A DNA stretch of 64,000 nucleotides from Mobula hypostoma (taxonomy: Eukaryota), in assembly GCF_963921235.1 (NCBI RefSeq), contig NC_086107.1, forward strand, positions 112,036,001 through 112,100,000. Reading direction: 5' to 3'. Below the pieces are notes generated by a model. It did no database searches and had not been told where the DNA came from. It saw only the letters and a program-made list of their open reading frames with translations. This document shows, in pieces, positions 61,102-64,000 of this stretch. The position numbers and the translations under genes are program-made. The first letter of the stretch is position 1. Every line of letters begins with the position of its first letter.

Positions 61102-63262
61102 CAGTGGCGTATCTAAGGTATGGCAGGTATGGCACGTGCCCTGGACGCCACTTGAAGGGGGGGGGGGCACCACTGAGCAGTTTCTATTAAAGTCAGACAA
61201 GCCATCCTCGGATAGTGAAAAAAGAATTTTCTTCAGATGTATGATCTGTCTTTGATCATCATGGGTGAGAAGCACTAGGATGGCCTTATTTCAGAGCATT
61301 GTGTAAGAAGACCATGAAACATTTCTTCACGAAGAAGTAGAGCTGAAGGACGGAAAAGATGAAAGTTGGAGGCAGAGAAGCCAAGAAGTCGAGCAAGTTC
61401 TTCATGCCCTTCTTTGAAAAGGCCGGAACAAGTAGTTTGACACGTTCCGTGGAGTCGCCTGCACCTGCTACAAGTTTGTTTGAATCTGAAGGTGGATCAA
61501 GTACAAATGCATCACAAGCCGAGGAGGAAGTCAAGTCAAGTAAATCCGAGTATGACGAGATGAAGAGTGAGGCTGCCACAGAGAACGTGGAGATGACAGG
61601 AGGGGAAGACAATGGTGGTGGCGGTGGTGATGTTGAGTTTATTGATGAGGTTTTACCTGACGAGATTGAACCTGATGACGCTGAACCTAGTGAACTGGAT
61701 GCTGTCAAAGAGCCTCGAACTGTCATACCAGAAGTGATTGAACAGCGTGACATTGGACTTCTGAAGTTCAACAAGGATACTGGAAAAGCAACTCTGCCTG
61801 ATGCATTGAGAACAGAAATAAAGCTGGGTTTGAAGTATTTCCAGAACAGTGAGGGGCCTTTCCTACCAACAAATAACTGCTCAATGAACAAAACTTGGTT
61901 CAAGAGGAAATTGGGAAATGGTTGTGGTGAGGAAGTGACTCACTCATGGCTGGTCTATTTCCCTTCTAAAAAGTCTGCATTTTGTATCTGTTGTCTTCTC
62001 TATTCCTGGTCAGACCATCAATCCTCATTGGAGCAGGAAAGTGGATTCAACCAGTAGAAAGCACCTGAAAGGATTAGTGTTCATGAAAATGCCAAGAATC
62101 ATCAGGAATGCATCACACAGTGGAAAGAAATTTAGCTGGAAACAGGAGTTATTGACGCGGTATTTCAGTCACAGATTGAGAAGGAAAAGCAGAAGTGGCA
62201 TGATATTTTGACGAGAATCCTTCACTGCATAAGATTCCTTGCGACTCAGAACCTGGCTTTGCAAGGACACGGCAAGTCACTTCAGCTAAACGATGACTCC
62301 AATGTGGGAAAATTTCCTTGGCTTACTGAAACTACTGGCCATCTTTGACCCTGTCATAAAAGAACACCTCACTCATTTGGGAAGTCATCCTGGATCCACG
62401 TCTTATCTTTTACCGGGTGTCCAGAACGAATTCATCCGCATGATGGCATCCACTGTTCACCAGAGTTTACTGAGAAGCATTCGTAAAGCCAAGTACTATG
62501 GACTCATGTTCGGTTTGACTCCTGATCAGGCACACCGTGAGCAGATGTCAGAAGTAGTGAGGTATGTGGAAGTTGATTTTGAGAGGAAAACAGTCCGTGT
62601 TACAGAGTCCTTCCTTGGTTTTATCCAGATAAGCCAGAAGGATGCTGACAGCTTGGTTGAAGACATCTTGAAACAGCAAGAGAAGGACGAAATGGAGCTA
62701 CAAGATTGTCGGTCACAGTACCATGACAATGCTGCTGTGATGGCTGGACACAGAAGTGGTGTTCATCAAAGAATAAGTGAGAAAAACAAGTTGGCAGTGT
62801 TTGCGAATTGTGACAATCACTCACTCAACTTGGTGGGTGTACATGCAGCCAAGCAGGATACAATGATGGTCAAGTATTTTTTTGGAACCATCGAAGCTCT
62901 CTGCGTGTTTTTCTCTCGTTCAACAGAGCGCTGGGAAAAACTCAAAAACGCTGTGCCTGCGGTTGTTAAGTCGGAGTCCGAAACCAGGTGGAGTGCAAGG
63001 ACAGAAGCAGTGAAGCTCGTCAACAAGTAACTTGAGGAGATACTTCAAGTTCTCCAGGACACAACAGACAATGAAAGCAAGACCAGTGAAACAAGAAGTG
63101 ACGCAAGGCAGCTGTACAACCGCATGTTGAGTTATGATTTTCTGATTTTGCTAGGATTTTGGAACAAAGTACTCATTCGCATTGACCGTATTCAAAAGAG
63201 GCTGCAGGATCCTAGCATGAACTTCCACGATGTTGCCCTGGATTCGAAAGCCCTTCGAGATC
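61102..63262 (+). mobile_element. hAT (Tip100/ZMYM1-like) DNA transposon, disrupted and 3'-truncated
   Basis: CAGTGGCGTA terminus, TTF-type zinc finger WLVY...AFCICC, and DNAAVMAG, CDNHSLNL and ETRWS motifs. Contains stops and frameshifts. Confidence 0.85.
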
Positions 63263-64000
63263 CAGGAAAAGGGGACATCAAAATAGATGTGAACACAAAC
63301 TCAAGAAAAAAAAACTATATATAAAAACAGACAATACAAAAAAAAGAGGCCCAAGTGAACATTCATCCCCGAGATAATGCAAAGGCTTCAGACAGCATAG
63401 GACTTAAAGCATTTTGCATTTGTCTTTACAGTTGAAGAAATACTCCATTAGTCCCAAGTAATGCAGGGAAGGCATTAATTGTCATGCCATGAGAATTCAT
63501 ACTGGGTGAACAAATAGAGCCAATAACCAATACATTTCCATCCCAGGATTTTAAGAGCAGCAAACAGTATGGTGGACGTGCATGTATAATCTTCTGGAGA
63601 AGTGAGCTTTCCAATCTTCTGGTAATATGATACCTCTGTTCAAAAAGTGAAACAGGCAACAGCGAGATAGCCTAAAAGCCAATTAACCCAATTTCAGTTG
63701 TTGAGAAGAATATGGAAATGAATACGGAAGTGTATCGAAGAGACTGAACCTGATGTTTGGACGATGATTTAGGCTAGACTGAAAAGGTCAGGGTGTTGGG
63801 GTCCCAGGCGAGGGACAGGCGAGTTCAGCTCGCTGCTCTGCTCAGAACTAAGGGTCTGGGGACAGACTCCTTTTGTGGACTTCAGTTCAGAACTCCATTT
63901 GCTTGTGGTTATTGTTTGCATGATTTGTTTTTTTCCCCGTCTCTCCACGCATCAGGGGTTTTTTTGTTTCATGGCTGCCAAGGAGATGAATCTCAAGGTC

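Noticed and set aside
61359..63030. Domesticated ZMYM1-like host gene
   Set aside because: Contains in-frame stops and frameshifts, a transposon terminus and a 3' truncation.

Overview
Repeat-rich vertebrate DNA. The repeat content (CR1/HER1-type LINEs, HE1/V-SINEs, Penelope-like elements) suggests a cartilaginous fish, probably a ray; this is inferred from the repeats only. Three host genes can be reconstructed from splice-consistent exons. (1) The last three coding exons of a + strand R3-type receptor tyrosine phosphatase, PTPRH-like (1321-15897), with degenerate catalytic motifs: WPD to WSN, HCSAGVGR to HCSSGSGR, and the second Q-loop Gln to Leu. (2) A complete PH-domain-only PHLDA-family gene on the - strand (CDS 38814-39203), with a 3'UTR intron starting 1 nt after the stop and a non-coding last exon at about 31315-32510. 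(3) The last three coding exons of AKT1S1/PRAS40 on the - strand (51811-56444) with a ~4.3 kb repeat-free putative 3'UTR. A PHLDA gene between AKT1S1 and a PTPRH-like gene, both human 19q13 genes, is a candidate fourth PHLDA ohnolog absent from mammals. The rest is nested transposon debris: CR1, Rex1/L2-group, RTE and Tx1 LINEs, Penelope-like elements with hammerhead-ribozyme-like motifs, SINEs, Tigger, Chapaev3-like, hAT and Tc1 DNA transposons, and a solo LTR. There is also a strong CTCF-like site. Repeat boundaries are approximate and family names come from recognition, not database search.
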